A DNA stretch of 63,364 nucleotides from Luteitalea sp. (GTDB lineage: Bacteria > Acidobacteriota > Vicinamibacteria > Vicinamibacterales > CAVVIG01), in the NCBI GenBank assembly GCA_009380045.1, contig WHSN01000005.1:1-63364 (forward strand), given 5' to 3'. Position 1 is the first letter of the stretch; every line of letters begins with the position of its first letter. Shown here piece by piece: positions 8,941 through 18,174 of this stretch. A program made the translations under genes and the position numbers. Below the pieces are notes generated by a model. That model ran no database searches, was not told where the DNA came from, and saw only the letters and a program-made list of their open reading frames with translations.

Positions 8941-9585
8941 TACGACTCTGTCAGATCCGCAGTTGATGAAAACCGCTGTGCGGCTTGCTTCATCCATCGC
9001 ATGTATTGACGGCGGCGGATAAACAGCAGCGCCGTGAAGATCTCTTGGACGAACGCCCGGGCTTGCCGAAAGGTGAGCGATGGTCCTCACGAGGCCGCCG
9101 GCGTGACCAGCTTGCATCCGTTCGAGATCGTCGGTGCTCCACCTTGTGCTGCCGGTTCGATGTCGGCCCGGTGCGAAGGCTGCTGGAGCTTCCGCACCGC
9201 TCGTAGGTCACCCATTACCCCGCTCGCGCGCCTCGCCCGCGCCCGCGGACAGAGGTCGTTGGTATGGTCCGTCCGTTGTGCCTCGACTGCGACCGACACG
9301 TCGCCCGCAACGCCCGCCTGATCGTCGAGCTGCGCCATGTCGCGCAGCGCCACCACGTTGCGCTGGCGCACCGCACCGAGACGTTTGCCACCTGCGAGGA
9401 CGCCGCGTGTCGGGCGACGGTGGCGGTTCTGCAACAAGGGAAGATCTCCGTGCCGGACGCGCCTGACAAGGCGTGAATTGTTCCTTCCTCTGTGAAGGCC
9501 TCGGCCGGGTGTACCTGGCGTCGGGAAGTGCACCAGCGGCCGCAGGCGATTGTGGAACGTCACCGAGCGGCCGTAAGCTGAGAGA

Positions 9586-10086
9586 ATGCCTTCTGCGCAC
9601 CCCTCCCAGGCCGCTCTCGCCAGGCGGGCCTGGAGCCTCTTGTTCGACTACCTGATTCGATCGGCCCCGAACCGGACCGAGAGCCTGGGCAGGCGTGGGT
9701 TGACGCCCAACGACTCCCGCGCGCTCTTCAGCCTTCATGTTCAGGAGGGGCGCAGCATGCGTTCACTCGCGGACGCGTGGAAGTGCGACCCGTCCAATGC
9801 CACATGGGTCGTCGATCGTCTTGAGAAGCTCGGTCTCGCGGAACGGCAATCGGTCCCTCACGACCGTCGCGTCAAACTGGTCGCGTTGACGAAGAAGGGC
9901 CAGAAAACCCGGACCGGGTTGCTCAAAGAGTTTCACCGTCCGCCACTCGAGTTCGCGGGCCTCGATCGTGACGACCTCGAAAGCCTCCTTCATGTGCTGA
10001 GCAAGCTCACGCCGGCGTCAGCGGTCACCAGTCAGAGGACGCCAACCGGATTGCGCACCGCGACCATCGCCGCCCGCTTCAAGTAA
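9586..10086 (+). CDS. MarR family transcriptional regulator
   Basis: Winged HTH: LTPNDSRALFSLHVQEGRSMRSLADAWKCDPSNATWVVDRLEKLGLAERQSVPHDRRVKLVALTKKG. Confidence 0.85.
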   Translation: MPSAHPSQAALARRAWSLLFDYLIRSAPNRTESLGRRGLTPNDSRALFSLHVQEGRSMRSLADAWKCDPSNATWVVDRLEKLGLAERQSVPHDRRVKLVALTKKGQKTRTGLLKEFHRPPLEFAGLDRDDLESLLHVLSKLTPASAVTSQRTPTGLRTATIAARFK

Positions 10087-10404
10087 GACCCACCTCGAAG
10101 GTCGATGGTCGGACGCGGGTACGTGCTCGAGAGCGGATTGAGGCCGAGTTGCAGCACCGTGCCGATCAGCGCTCGAACCAATGGGCGGGACCGCACCGCC
10201 GGTCGACATGCGGAACGTCGTGATCCCGGTGGCGCTCCAGGACGCGATGTCGCGTGAGGCGCAGGCTGGAGCCGCGGCGCGCCGGCCATCGAGCCTCACC
10301 GGCGGCGTCCTGGCGTCCAACGATGACCGGAGGACAAGCGGGTAGACGTCGAGCCGGCTCGAAATCGCGCTACCATCGCGGTGTCAATCACGGAGGCCCG
10401 ATCG

Positions 10405-13212
10405 ATGCACCGCCGCTCACAGCTGACCCTCTGCCTGGCGCTCGCGACCGGAGCCATCTCGCTGGCGGGACAGGCCCCGCGCGTCGTCCCGCCCGCCGCG
10501 CCTCCCACGGCCGCGCGGGCGGCCTTCGAGCGGTCCGCGTTCGAGATCAAGCACCAGAAGTTCGTGCTCGACAACGGCCTGACGCTGCTCGTCCACGAGG
10601 ATCACTCGGTGCCAGTGGTCGGGGTGAATCTCTGGTACCACGTCGGCTCGCGGAACGAGCAGCGGGGCAAGACCGGCTTTGCGCATCTGTTCGAGCATTT
10701 CTTCTTCAACGGGTCCGAGCACTACCCGCGCGGCTTCCGCGAGGCGATGGACGACCTCGGCGCGGCCAACCGCAACGGGACCACCGATACCGACCGCACC
10801 AACTTCTTCGAGGACGTACCGGTGTCGGCGCTCGAGCGCACGCTGTATCTCGAAGCTGATCGCCTCGGGTTCCTGGCTGCCCAGATCAACCAGGCGATGC
10901 TCGAGCGCGAGCGCGGGGTCGTCCAGAACGAGAAGCGACAGGGTGACAACCAGCCATACGGGCGTGTCTTCGATCAGATCGTCGAGCGGATCTACCCCGC
11001 CTCACATCCGTATAGCTGGCCGACGATCGGCAGCATGGACGACCTCAACGCCGCCACGCTGCAGGATGTGAAGGACTGGTACGCGACCTTCTACGGACCG
11101 AACAACTGCGTCCTCTCGCTCGCCGGTGACATCACGGCCGAGCACGCCCTGGAGCTGGTGACGAAGTACTTCGGCGGCATCAAGCCCGGACCGCCGCTCG
11201 CGCGCGTCGATCAGTTCGTGCCGCGGCTCGACGCCAACCTGCGGGAACAGATGCAGGACCGCGTACCGCAAGCCCGCCTCTACCGCGTCTACCACGCGCC
11301 CGCCTGGCGCGATCCGGCGCTGCAGCCGCTGGAGCTTTTCGCCAGCGTGCTGAGCGGGTCGCCGAGCGCCCGGCTCGATCGCGCGCTCGTATACGACCAG
11401 GAGCTTGCGACAAGGGTGACCGCGGACGTCTATCCGTCGGAGCTCGCCAGTCTGGTTGTGGTCACCGCGACGGTGAAGGCCGGCATCGACCCGGTTCGCG
11501 TCGAGGAGCAGCTCGACGCCGCGATCGACCAGCTCGTGACCAGGGGGCCGACCGACGCGGAGCTGGCCCGCGCCCGCAGCCGCATCCTGTCGACATTTGC
11601 ACGCGCCACCGAGCGGCTCGGCGGCTTCGGCGGACGATCCGACATCCTCGCGCAAAGCATGACGCTCGATGGCCGGCCAGACGGCTATCTGGATCGTCTG
11701 GAGCGGATCTCGCGCGCTGCCGCGGCCGAGGTGCGCGACACCAGCCGGGAATGGATCGGCGCGCCCCACTACACGCTGGTCGTGACGCCGTATCCGGCGC
11801 TTCAGCCGGGGCAGACGACGGTTGACCGAACCATACTGCCGCCGCTCGGCGAGGCGCCCGACGCCGCGTTTCCGCCGATTCAGCGCGCGACGCTGACCAA
11901 CGGCCTCGACGTCATGCTGATCGAGCGGCACACCGTACCGCTGGTGAATTTCGCGCTCGCCGTCGATGCCGGCTATGCCGCCGACACGCCCGAGCGCGCC
12001 GGGGCCGCCTCGCTCGCCCTCGGTCTTCTCGACGACGGGACGACGACGAAGGATACGTTCCGCATCGCCGACGAGCTCGATGCCATAGGCGCGAGGATCA
12101 CGACCGCCAGCTCGCTCGACCTGTCGTTTGTCCGTCTCCAGGCGCTGGCGCCGAACGTTCGCGCCTCGCTGGCGGTCTACGCCGACGTCGTGCTGCATCC
12201 ATCGTTCCCTGCCGCCCTCGTCGCGCAGGCCAAGGCGCGCCGCCTGGCGCAGATTGCGCAAGAGAAGGTCGATCCGATCGCGGCGGCCCGCCGCGTGGTC
12301 TCGCCGCTCCTGTACGGCAGCGGTCACGCGTACGGCAACCCGCTCACCGGCTCGGGGCACGAGCGGACCGTCTCGCCGCTCACCGGAGACGACCTGGCGA
12401 GGTGGCATCGCGACTGGTTTCATCCAGACAATGCCACGCTGATCGTCACCGGGGACACGACGCTGGCGGCGCTCCTGCCGGAGCTGGAGCGAGCTTTCGG
12501 CGCCTGGACGGCCGGCAAGACGCCGGCAAAGCGGGTTCAGCCGGTGCCGCCAACCTCGGGCCGGCGCGTCTACCTGATCGACAAGCCGGGCGCCCCTCAG
12601 TCGGTGATCGTGGCGGCGCACGTCTCGGAAGCCGGGGGGCAGGCCGAGGATCTCGCGATCGACACGGTGATGCGGAATTTCGGCGGCCTGGCCACGTCGC
12701 GTCTCAATCGGAACCTGCGGCTCGACAAGCACTGGAGCTACGGGACGTCGGGCGCGCTGACCGATGCACGTGGCCAGCGGCCGTTCATCGTCATCGCGCC
12801 GGTGCAGACCGACAAGACCAAGGAGTCGATCGCCGAGGTGATCAAGGAGCTACAGGACATCGCCGGCGCGCGGCCGATTCGTGGCGACGAGTTCTCGAGC
12901 ATCATGCGAACGCAGACGCTTGGCCTGCCCGGACGGTTCGCGACCCTCGCGTCGCTCGAGGCGGCCGCGATCCAGCTTCTCAACTACGGCTACCCGGACG
13001 ATTACTTCGCCACGTTCGGACGGCGCGTGCGCGCACTGGGAGAGGCCGACCTGGACACCGCGGCGCGCAAGTTCATCCGTCCGAACGACGTGATCTGGAT
13101 CGTGGTCGGCGATCGCGCGCAGATCGAGGCGGGTATCCGCGAGCTGAATCTGGGAGAAGTGACGCCGCTCGACGGAGATGGAAATCCACTGGGCGGCGCG
13201 GCGACCCGATGA
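10405..13212 (+). CDS. M16 (pitrilysin/insulinase) family zinc peptidase, fused active plus inactive halves
   Basis: Signal peptide MHRRSQLTLCLALATGAISLAG. Inverted zinc motif HLFEH in GFAHLFEHFFFNGSEHYP. The second M16 repeat lacks HxxEH. About 935 aa. Confidence 0.9.
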   Translation: MHRRSQLTLCLALATGAISLAGQAPRVVPPAAPPTAARAAFERSAFEIKHQKFVLDNGLTLLVHEDHSVPVVGVNLWYHVGSRNEQRGKTGFAHLFEHFFFNGSEHYPRGFREAMDDLGAANRNGTTDTDRTNFFEDVPVSALERTLYLEADRLGFLAAQINQAMLERERGVVQNEKRQGDNQPYGRVFDQIVERIYPASHPYSWPTIGSMDDLNAATLQDVKDWYATFYGPNNCVLSLAGDITAEHALELVTKYFGGIKPGPPLARVDQFVPRLDANLREQMQDRVPQARLYRVYHAPAWRDPALQPLELFASVLSGSPSARLDRALVYDQELATRVTADVYPSELASLVVVTATVKAGIDPVRVEEQLDAAIDQLVTRGPTDAELARARSRILSTFARATERLGGFGGRSDILAQSMTLDGRPDGYLDRLERISRAAAAEVRDTSREWIGAPHYTLVVTPYPALQPGQTTVDRTILPPLGEAPDAAFPPIQRATLTNGLDVMLIERHTVPLVNFALAVDAGYAADTPERAGAASLALGLLDDGTTTKDTFRIADELDAIGARITTASSLDLSFVRLQALAPNVRASLAVYADVVLHPSFPAALVAQAKARRLAQIAQEKVDPIAAARRVVSPLLYGSGHAYGNPLTGSGHERTVSPLTGDDLARWHRDWFHPDNATLIVTGDTTLAALLPELERAFGAWTAGKTPAKRVQPVPPTSGRRVYLIDKPGAPQSVIVAAHVSEAGGQAEDLAIDTVMRNFGGLATSRLNRNLRLDKHWSYGTSGALTDARGQRPFIVIAPVQTDKTKESIAEVIKELQDIAGARPIRGDEFSSIMRTQTLGLPGRFATLASLEAAAIQLLNYGYPDDYFATFGRRVRALGEADLDTAARKFIRPNDVIWIVVGDRAQIEAGIRELNLGEVTPLDGDGNPLGGAATR

Positions 13213-13558
13213 TGCGCAGACCTGCAGATCTGCCTCCCAACAGCACCCGTCTTACCGGTGCGGGACAACATCACCCGGCCCGGCGTCCGAGCGCGAGCCG
13301 CGGCACGGATCGGATCCGCCTGCACGAGAACGAGCGTAACCATCGCACGCTCGATCGTGGTCAGTCGGAAGAGGGCGCCGCCGACGACGACGAAGCGTCG
13401 ACGAGCCGCGGAGGCTATCTCCATCGATGCTGAAGGCGTAGAACCTGTTGATGCTACGTCAGGTGGCCAGGCGGGGCCTGTCGAGGTGCGACCTGCTGCT
13501 TTTCGGCCATCGCCCGCATCTCGACGCGCAGTAGAATGTCGCCTCAATCGCCACCTGG

Positions 13559-14089
13559 GTGAACAACGACAGCGTCGTCTCAGAGAGGATTGCCATGTCA
13601 CCGCGCAACCCGTTCGCCAAGCCAACAGCCGCCTCGATAGGCGCTCACGTGCGGCGCCATGCCGCGAAAATGCCCGCGCACGCACCGCATCACGACGGAG
13701 CGTCCGCCAGCCTGCGAGAGGCCGACTACAAAGGTCATCACATCGTGGTCCGGACCACGTATGACATCCAGGTGGACGGCCGGGCCGTCACCGGCCATAT
13801 GGGCGTTACCGACGATGGTCGCGTGCACTACCATCCGGTGCCGAATGTGAGCTTTCCGTCTGCGCTCGATATGGTGCGGCGGCTGATCGACGTCTTCCCG
13901 GACGATTTCGGCGCCGACGCCGAGCCGGGTGGGCACGGCGGTGACGGCGGACATGACGGCCATTCCCACGATGGCCACGAGCACGTCGCGCCCCTCCGCC
14001 GAAAGTCGGCGGCACGGGGGGTTCGCCCGCCGGGCGACAAACGGATCCGCCCCGAGGCGCGTCGCGCTCCTCGCCGGCGCCGGCGCTGA
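13559..14089 (+). CDS. MelC1-like tyrosinase cofactor (caddie) protein with His-rich tail
   Basis: YKGHHIVVRTTYDIQVDGRAVTGHMGVTDDGRVHYHPVPNVSFPSALDMVRRLID parallels the Streptomyces MelC1 core (YKGRRIQ..VFVDG..LHVM..DGSW..HY.PV). Followed by GGHGGDGGHDGHSHDGHEH. Lies 29 nt upstream of the tyrosinase gene. An alternative start is ATG 13595. Confidence 0.6.
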   Translation: MNNDSVVSERIAMSPRNPFAKPTAASIGAHVRRHAAKMPAHAPHHDGASASLREADYKGHHIVVRTTYDIQVDGRAVTGHMGVTDDGRVHYHPVPNVSFPSALDMVRRLIDVFPDDFGADAEPGGHGGDGGHDGHSHDGHEHVAPLRRKSAARGVRPPGDKRIRPEARRAPRRRRR

Positions 14090-14118
14090 ACGCGCGGGTA
14101 CACGCTGAGGACACGGAC

Positions 14119-15114
14119 ATGGCTGTGCGAGCGAACATCGTCACCAACGTGGCGGCTCGAACGAAGTTCATCGACGGGGTGAAACGCCTGAAGAACGAGT
14201 TTCCGGGACCGACGACCCGCACGATCTGGATCCCCGGGCCCGACCGTCCCATCAGCACCTACGATCTGTTCGTGGTCTGGCACCACGTGGCGATGAACAC
14301 GCTCACACCACCGACGCAAGGCGACCGCAATGCGGCGCACAGCGGACCCGTCTTTCTTCCGTGGCACCGGTTCATGCTGCTGCAGCTCGAGCTGAACCTG
14401 CAGCGTGTGCTCGGCAACGACGCCACCTTCGGCCTCCCCTACTGGGACTGGGCGGCAGACGGCGAGCGGACGCCGGCAACCCAGCGGACAGCGCCAATCT
14501 GGTCTCCCACCTGCATGGGTGGCAGCGGCAGTCCGGTTGCGACCGGACCGTTCGCGTTCAACGCCGCCGACGCCACCAGCTGGAGAGTTCGGATCACGGC
14601 CGACAGCAACGGCAATCTGGTACAGACCAACCGCGGGCTGCGCCGCGCGCTCGGCGCAGCCATTCCGAACCTGCCGGGCCCCAACCGACTGCCGCGCAAA
14701 GCGCACACGGCCGCGGCACTCGCCGAGGCGGACTACGACAGGCCCAACTGGAACTCGGCGTCCGGCGGATTCCGCAACCTGGTGGAAGGCTGGCAGGACA
14801 ACCTCGTCGTCCGGGCGCCGGCGCTGCACAATCGCGTGCACGTGTTTGTCGGCGGCGATATGAGCCCGTCAACCTCGCCGAACGATCCGGTGTTCTACCT
14901 GAATCACTGCAACGTCGATCGGATCTGGGAGGCGTGGATGCGTCCACCGCCTCAAGGACACGGCCGGTCGTACGTCCCGCAACCGACCGCCGCCGCCGAG
15001 TTGCGGGGCCATCGACTGAACGACCCCCTGAGCTCGTTCATCTCGGCGTCGACGACGCCCGGTCAGATGTTGGATGTGACGGCCGCCTACACGTACGACT
15101 CGCTCGCAGTGTGA
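14119..15114 (+). CDS. tyrosinase (type-3 copper protein)
   Basis: CuA region: VWHHVAMN..AHSGPVFLPWHRFMLLQLE. CuB region: HNRVHVFVGGDM..FYLNHCNVDRIWEAW. 331 aa with no signal peptide. Confidence 0.9.
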   Translation: MAVRANIVTNVAARTKFIDGVKRLKNEFPGPTTRTIWIPGPDRPISTYDLFVVWHHVAMNTLTPPTQGDRNAAHSGPVFLPWHRFMLLQLELNLQRVLGNDATFGLPYWDWAADGERTPATQRTAPIWSPTCMGGSGSPVATGPFAFNAADATSWRVRITADSNGNLVQTNRGLRRALGAAIPNLPGPNRLPRKAHTAAALAEADYDRPNWNSASGGFRNLVEGWQDNLVVRAPALHNRVHVFVGGDMSPSTSPNDPVFYLNHCNVDRIWEAWMRPPPQGHGRSYVPQPTAAAELRGHRLNDPLSSFISASTTPGQMLDVTAAYTYDSLAV

Positions 15115-15372
15115 GGAGACGGTCCCCGGCGCCGCGGCATACCGGGCAGGCGAACCACGAGCCACTGGTCGTGCAGGCGGCACCTGTACCCTGATCGAGG
15201 AGCGCTGCCAGCCGCGGGACACTATGGCGTTTTTCGATTCACCGCAGCAGTTTTCATCACGATGGCATTCATGAAGTTCTTTTCCCAGAAGGCTTCGTGA
15301 TCCTCGCGGTCCTTCCCGGGCTTCGTGATACGCGCAATTGAAGTCGGCACTCGGACCCGGCAGTGACGAGTC

Positions 15373-16284
15373 CTATGGATGTTCGGTCTCCGTCAGTACC
15401 GCGGTAACGAGAACCACCGTGATGGCGAGCGCGATCTCGGCAGCGACCAGGTTGCCCGGCAGCGGCGACCAACGGCTCGACGTCGGAGGCAACCGAAGGC
15501 GTCGCCAGTTCGAGAAGCCGCACGCGCCCACGGCGACGACGAGAACGAGCTTCAAGAGGAGTAACCGGCCGTAGCCGACGGCCAGCAGATTGCCGATGGC
15601 ACCGAGGTACGACCAGACGGCGACGGCGCCGGTCACCACGAGCAGCGCCGACCCGGCAAACGCCACTGGCGAAAACTGCGCGAGCATCTGGCGCCGCACC
15701 GGCGGCCACCTGGCCGCGAGCGTGCCCGCACCGGTCCCGATACGCGCCGCCATCGCAATCGACACCAGCGTGCCGAGCCACACGCCGCCGCCAAGGATGT
15801 GGGATCCGTGCAGGAACACGCGGGAGGGCTGACCCGCCGCGTGGCCGAGCAGCGGCAATAGATAGCACAGGGTCAGCGATCCGAGTGCGGTGAGCCACCA
15901 GCCGATTCGGCGCCATGGCTCGATCATCCGTGTGAAGATGACGAGCACGACCGACGCGGCGATCTGCTTCTGCCAGCTCTCACCCCACCGGCTCTCTGCG
16001 GCGATGAGATAGAGATTCTCCCAGCTGAACGATCCAGGAAGGCCGAACGCTGCGGCAGTGTGCGCCCAGGCCCGAAGCGCGAGGGCCACGACCAGTCCAG
16101 CAGCGGCTGCCACCACCACCCGCGTGAGAGCCGATTCGAAGGTGTGCCGGTCCCCCGCCGCAACAAGCTGAGTGACGCGAAGGCGAAAGAGAGCTCGAGC
16201 GACGCAGGCCCCGATCGCGAGCATGGTGGCCGCGTAGACCAGGGCCTTCGGCGCGGCCTCGAGCGCCAGAGACAGCACGTCCAC
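15373..16284 (-). CDS. copD: copper resistance protein CopD family (polytopic membrane protein)
   Basis: About 8 hydrophobic segments, with LLPLLGHAAG and LHGSHILGGGVWLGTLV typical of CopD. Last gene of the copC-containing operon. Confidence 0.8.
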   Translation of the reverse strand: MDVLSLALEAAPKALVYAATMLAIGACVARALFRLRVTQLVAAGDRHTFESALTRVVVAAAAGLVVALALRAWAHTAAAFGLPGSFSWENLYLIAAESRWGESWQKQIAASVVLVIFTRMIEPWRRIGWWLTALGSLTLCYLLPLLGHAAGQPSRVFLHGSHILGGGVWLGTLVSIAMAARIGTGAGTLAARWPPVRRQMLAQFSPVAFAGSALLVVTGAVAVWSYLGAIGNLLAVGYGRLLLLKLVLVVAVGACGFSNWRRLRLPPTSSRWSPLPGNLVAAEIALAITVVLVTAVLTETEHP

Positions 16285-16295
16285 GCGCGGCGGCC

Positions 16296-16988
16296 TCAGC
16301 TCGCCGAATAAATCAGGAACAGCTGCCTTGGGAGGAAATCATGCTGCGTCTGCAGCGTGAACCCAGCCTCGGCCAGCTCGGCACTGATCTGAGCGGCTGT
16401 GAAGCGGAATTCTTCAGGCGGTCCCTCAGGCGATCCTTTCTTGAAATCCACTATCGCCAGCCGTGCACCCGGTTTCATCAGCTTCTTCAGGGCGGTGAAA
16501 TACGCCGCTCTTCCGGGAATGTGATGGAAAGTGTCTACGATCAGGACCACGTCCACCGGTTCCGGCAGGTTGCTCCGATCGCTGGTTGACTGCACGGCAA
16601 CCACGTTCCGAAGTGCTTCCCGCGTCGCCCTCTGACGAATATGCTCGACCATCGACTTCTCGACGTCGATCGCGTACACCTTCGGCGCCACGGCCGACTT
16701 CGCCAGTCGAACAGTGAAGTAACCGGTGCCTGCCCCGATGTCCGCCACCACCTCGCCAGGTCGCAGACCAAGCGCGGCGATCACGCGGTCCGGCATCTGC
16801 CAGGCGTCGCGGGCCGGGTCGTCGAAGACCTTCGAGTATCGCTCGACGTCCGCGAAGCTGTGCTCCATGTGATCGGGATGCTGTGCGCCTTTCGCATGGG
16901 CCCCGCCAGCCTGCCCATGGTCTTGCGCACGGACGGCCGTAGACATCACCCCGAACGCGACGATGAGCATTCCGGCGGCCGCCCTCAT
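16296..16988 (-). CDS. class I SAM-dependent methyltransferase with N-terminal signal/anchor and His-rich segment
   Basis: MRAAAGMLIVAFGVMSTAVRA is followed by QDHGQAGGAHAKGAQHPDHMEH. SAM motif I VADIGAGTGYFT is intact. 4-nt overlap with copC, and an 11-nt gap to copD. Confidence 0.85.
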   Translation of the reverse strand: MRAAAGMLIVAFGVMSTAVRAQDHGQAGGAHAKGAQHPDHMEHSFADVERYSKVFDDPARDAWQMPDRVIAALGLRPGEVVADIGAGTGYFTVRLAKSAVAPKVYAIDVEKSMVEHIRQRATREALRNVVAVQSTSDRSNLPEPVDVVLIVDTFHHIPGRAAYFTALKKLMKPGARLAIVDFKKGSPEGPPEEFRFTAAQISAELAEAGFTLQTQHDFLPRQLFLIYSAS

Positions 16989-17365
16989 TTCGGCCGCCTG
17001 ACGCTGAAGGTGTACTCGCCCTTCTGGACGTGCCCGTCATCGCCGGCCGATTGCCAGGACACGGTGTAGGCGCCATCCGGCATCGCGTCACCAACCAGCG
17101 CCATCAGCGACATCTTGTCCATCACGTGAAGGCCGGTCAGCTTCACCGGTCCTGACGGTCCCTTGAGATCCAGCTTGCTGATTTTCGGATCCGGCGCTTC
17201 GGTGAACCACACCTGAATGCTCCCGGGAGGCGCCGTCAGGGCGGCCTTCGCCGCAGGGTCCGCTTTGTCGAATTTCATGTGCGCGGAGAGGCCGGCGCCA
17301 AACGCCACGGCGGCGGCGATCGCGAAGAGGAAGATCGTCAGCGGTCTTTTCATCGTTGTCTCCAT
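16985..17365 (-). CDS. copC: CopC domain periplasmic copper-binding protein
   Basis: Signal peptide, then mature N-terminus HMKFDKADPAAKAALTAPPGSIQVWFTE. Ends ..YTVSWQSAGDDGHVQKGEYTFSV, the CopC/YobA pattern. Confidence 0.8.
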   Translation of the reverse strand: METTMKRPLTIFLFAIAAAVAFGAGLSAHMKFDKADPAAKAALTAPPGSIQVWFTEAPDPKISKLDLKGPSGPVKLTGLHVMDKMSLMALVGDAMPDGAYTVSWQSAGDDGHVQKGEYTFSVRRPK

Positions 17366-17380
17366 GATGGTGATGATCTG

Positions 17381-18046
17381 TTATCGAGGGCCCTCGGCCG
17401 GCTTGGCGGGAGCGGGCTGATGTTGATAGTCAGCGCGCACGGTTCCGAAGCGTTGGGCCACGGGCATCAGCGTCGGATAGAACTGGACGAAGGTCTGATC
17501 GACCGCGGCGTTGGCCTTGTGACACGAATAGCAGCTCGCCGTGGGCGGCAGCGGCGCCGCGCGATCGCCCCGCGCCCCGAAATTGAAATACGCCCAGCCA
17601 TCGGCGAACCGCTTGCGGTCCTTGACCGCGGCTTCGACCGCCACGACGTCAGTCTGAAAGCTACCGCCCCGGTTGATCGACGCTTCGCTTGCGGACGATC
17701 GGATCTCGAGCACCATGACGGTTTCGTCAGGCCACGTGCCGGTCGCCATGAATTGACGATGGGCGGCGGGATTGACGAAAACGTTGGTGAAGCTCGGAGG
17801 CCGGCCCGCGACCGCCGCGGCCGCCGGGCCGTACACCATGCCGAGGCCGGAGCTCAGATAGATCCACTCCCGGTATGCCTCCGGGCGAAGCATCTCTCCA
17901 CCGCTCGTATACGCGGCACTGGGTGATGGCGCCCCGGCGGGGCTCTGCGGAGTCTGTCCGGGCTGCGCACGCAGCAAAACACCCGACTCCACCACAGTCA
18001 TCCACGCCAGCACGCCGACGCAAAGAGCTCCCGTTCCTCGGGTCAT
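17381..18046 (-). CDS. cytochrome P460 family protein
   Basis: Signal peptide MTRGTGALCVGVLAWMTVV. YREWIYL..NPAAHRQF..GTWPDETVMVLE..DGWAYFNF..CYSCH (CxxCH haem site) matches the P460 layout. Start taken at ATG 18046; the upstream part of ORF ..18436 is Arg-rich. Confidence 0.75.
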   Translation of the reverse strand: MTRGTGALCVGVLAWMTVVESGVLLRAQPGQTPQSPAGAPSPSAAYTSGGEMLRPEAYREWIYLSSGLGMVYGPAAAAVAGRPPSFTNVFVNPAAHRQFMATGTWPDETVMVLEIRSSASEASINRGGSFQTDVVAVEAAVKDRKRFADGWAYFNFGARGDRAAPLPPTASCYSCHKANAAVDQTFVQFYPTLMPVAQRFGTVRADYQHQPAPAKPAEGPR

Positions 18047-18174
18047 GACACACCTTTCAATGACGGCGTTTTCGTGTGCGTCGGCTGGTGACGGTCCGAC
18101 CCGACCGCCTGATCGACGCGATCGTGGTCGCCGTGACGGACGACGCCGCCGAGCGACAGACTTCGGTTGCGGAG

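Noticed and set aside
9087-9089. In-frame TGA as a selenocysteine codon
   Set aside because: The upstream ORF looks like an antisense shadow. No SECIS-like hairpin was identified and no selenoprotein family is recognisable.
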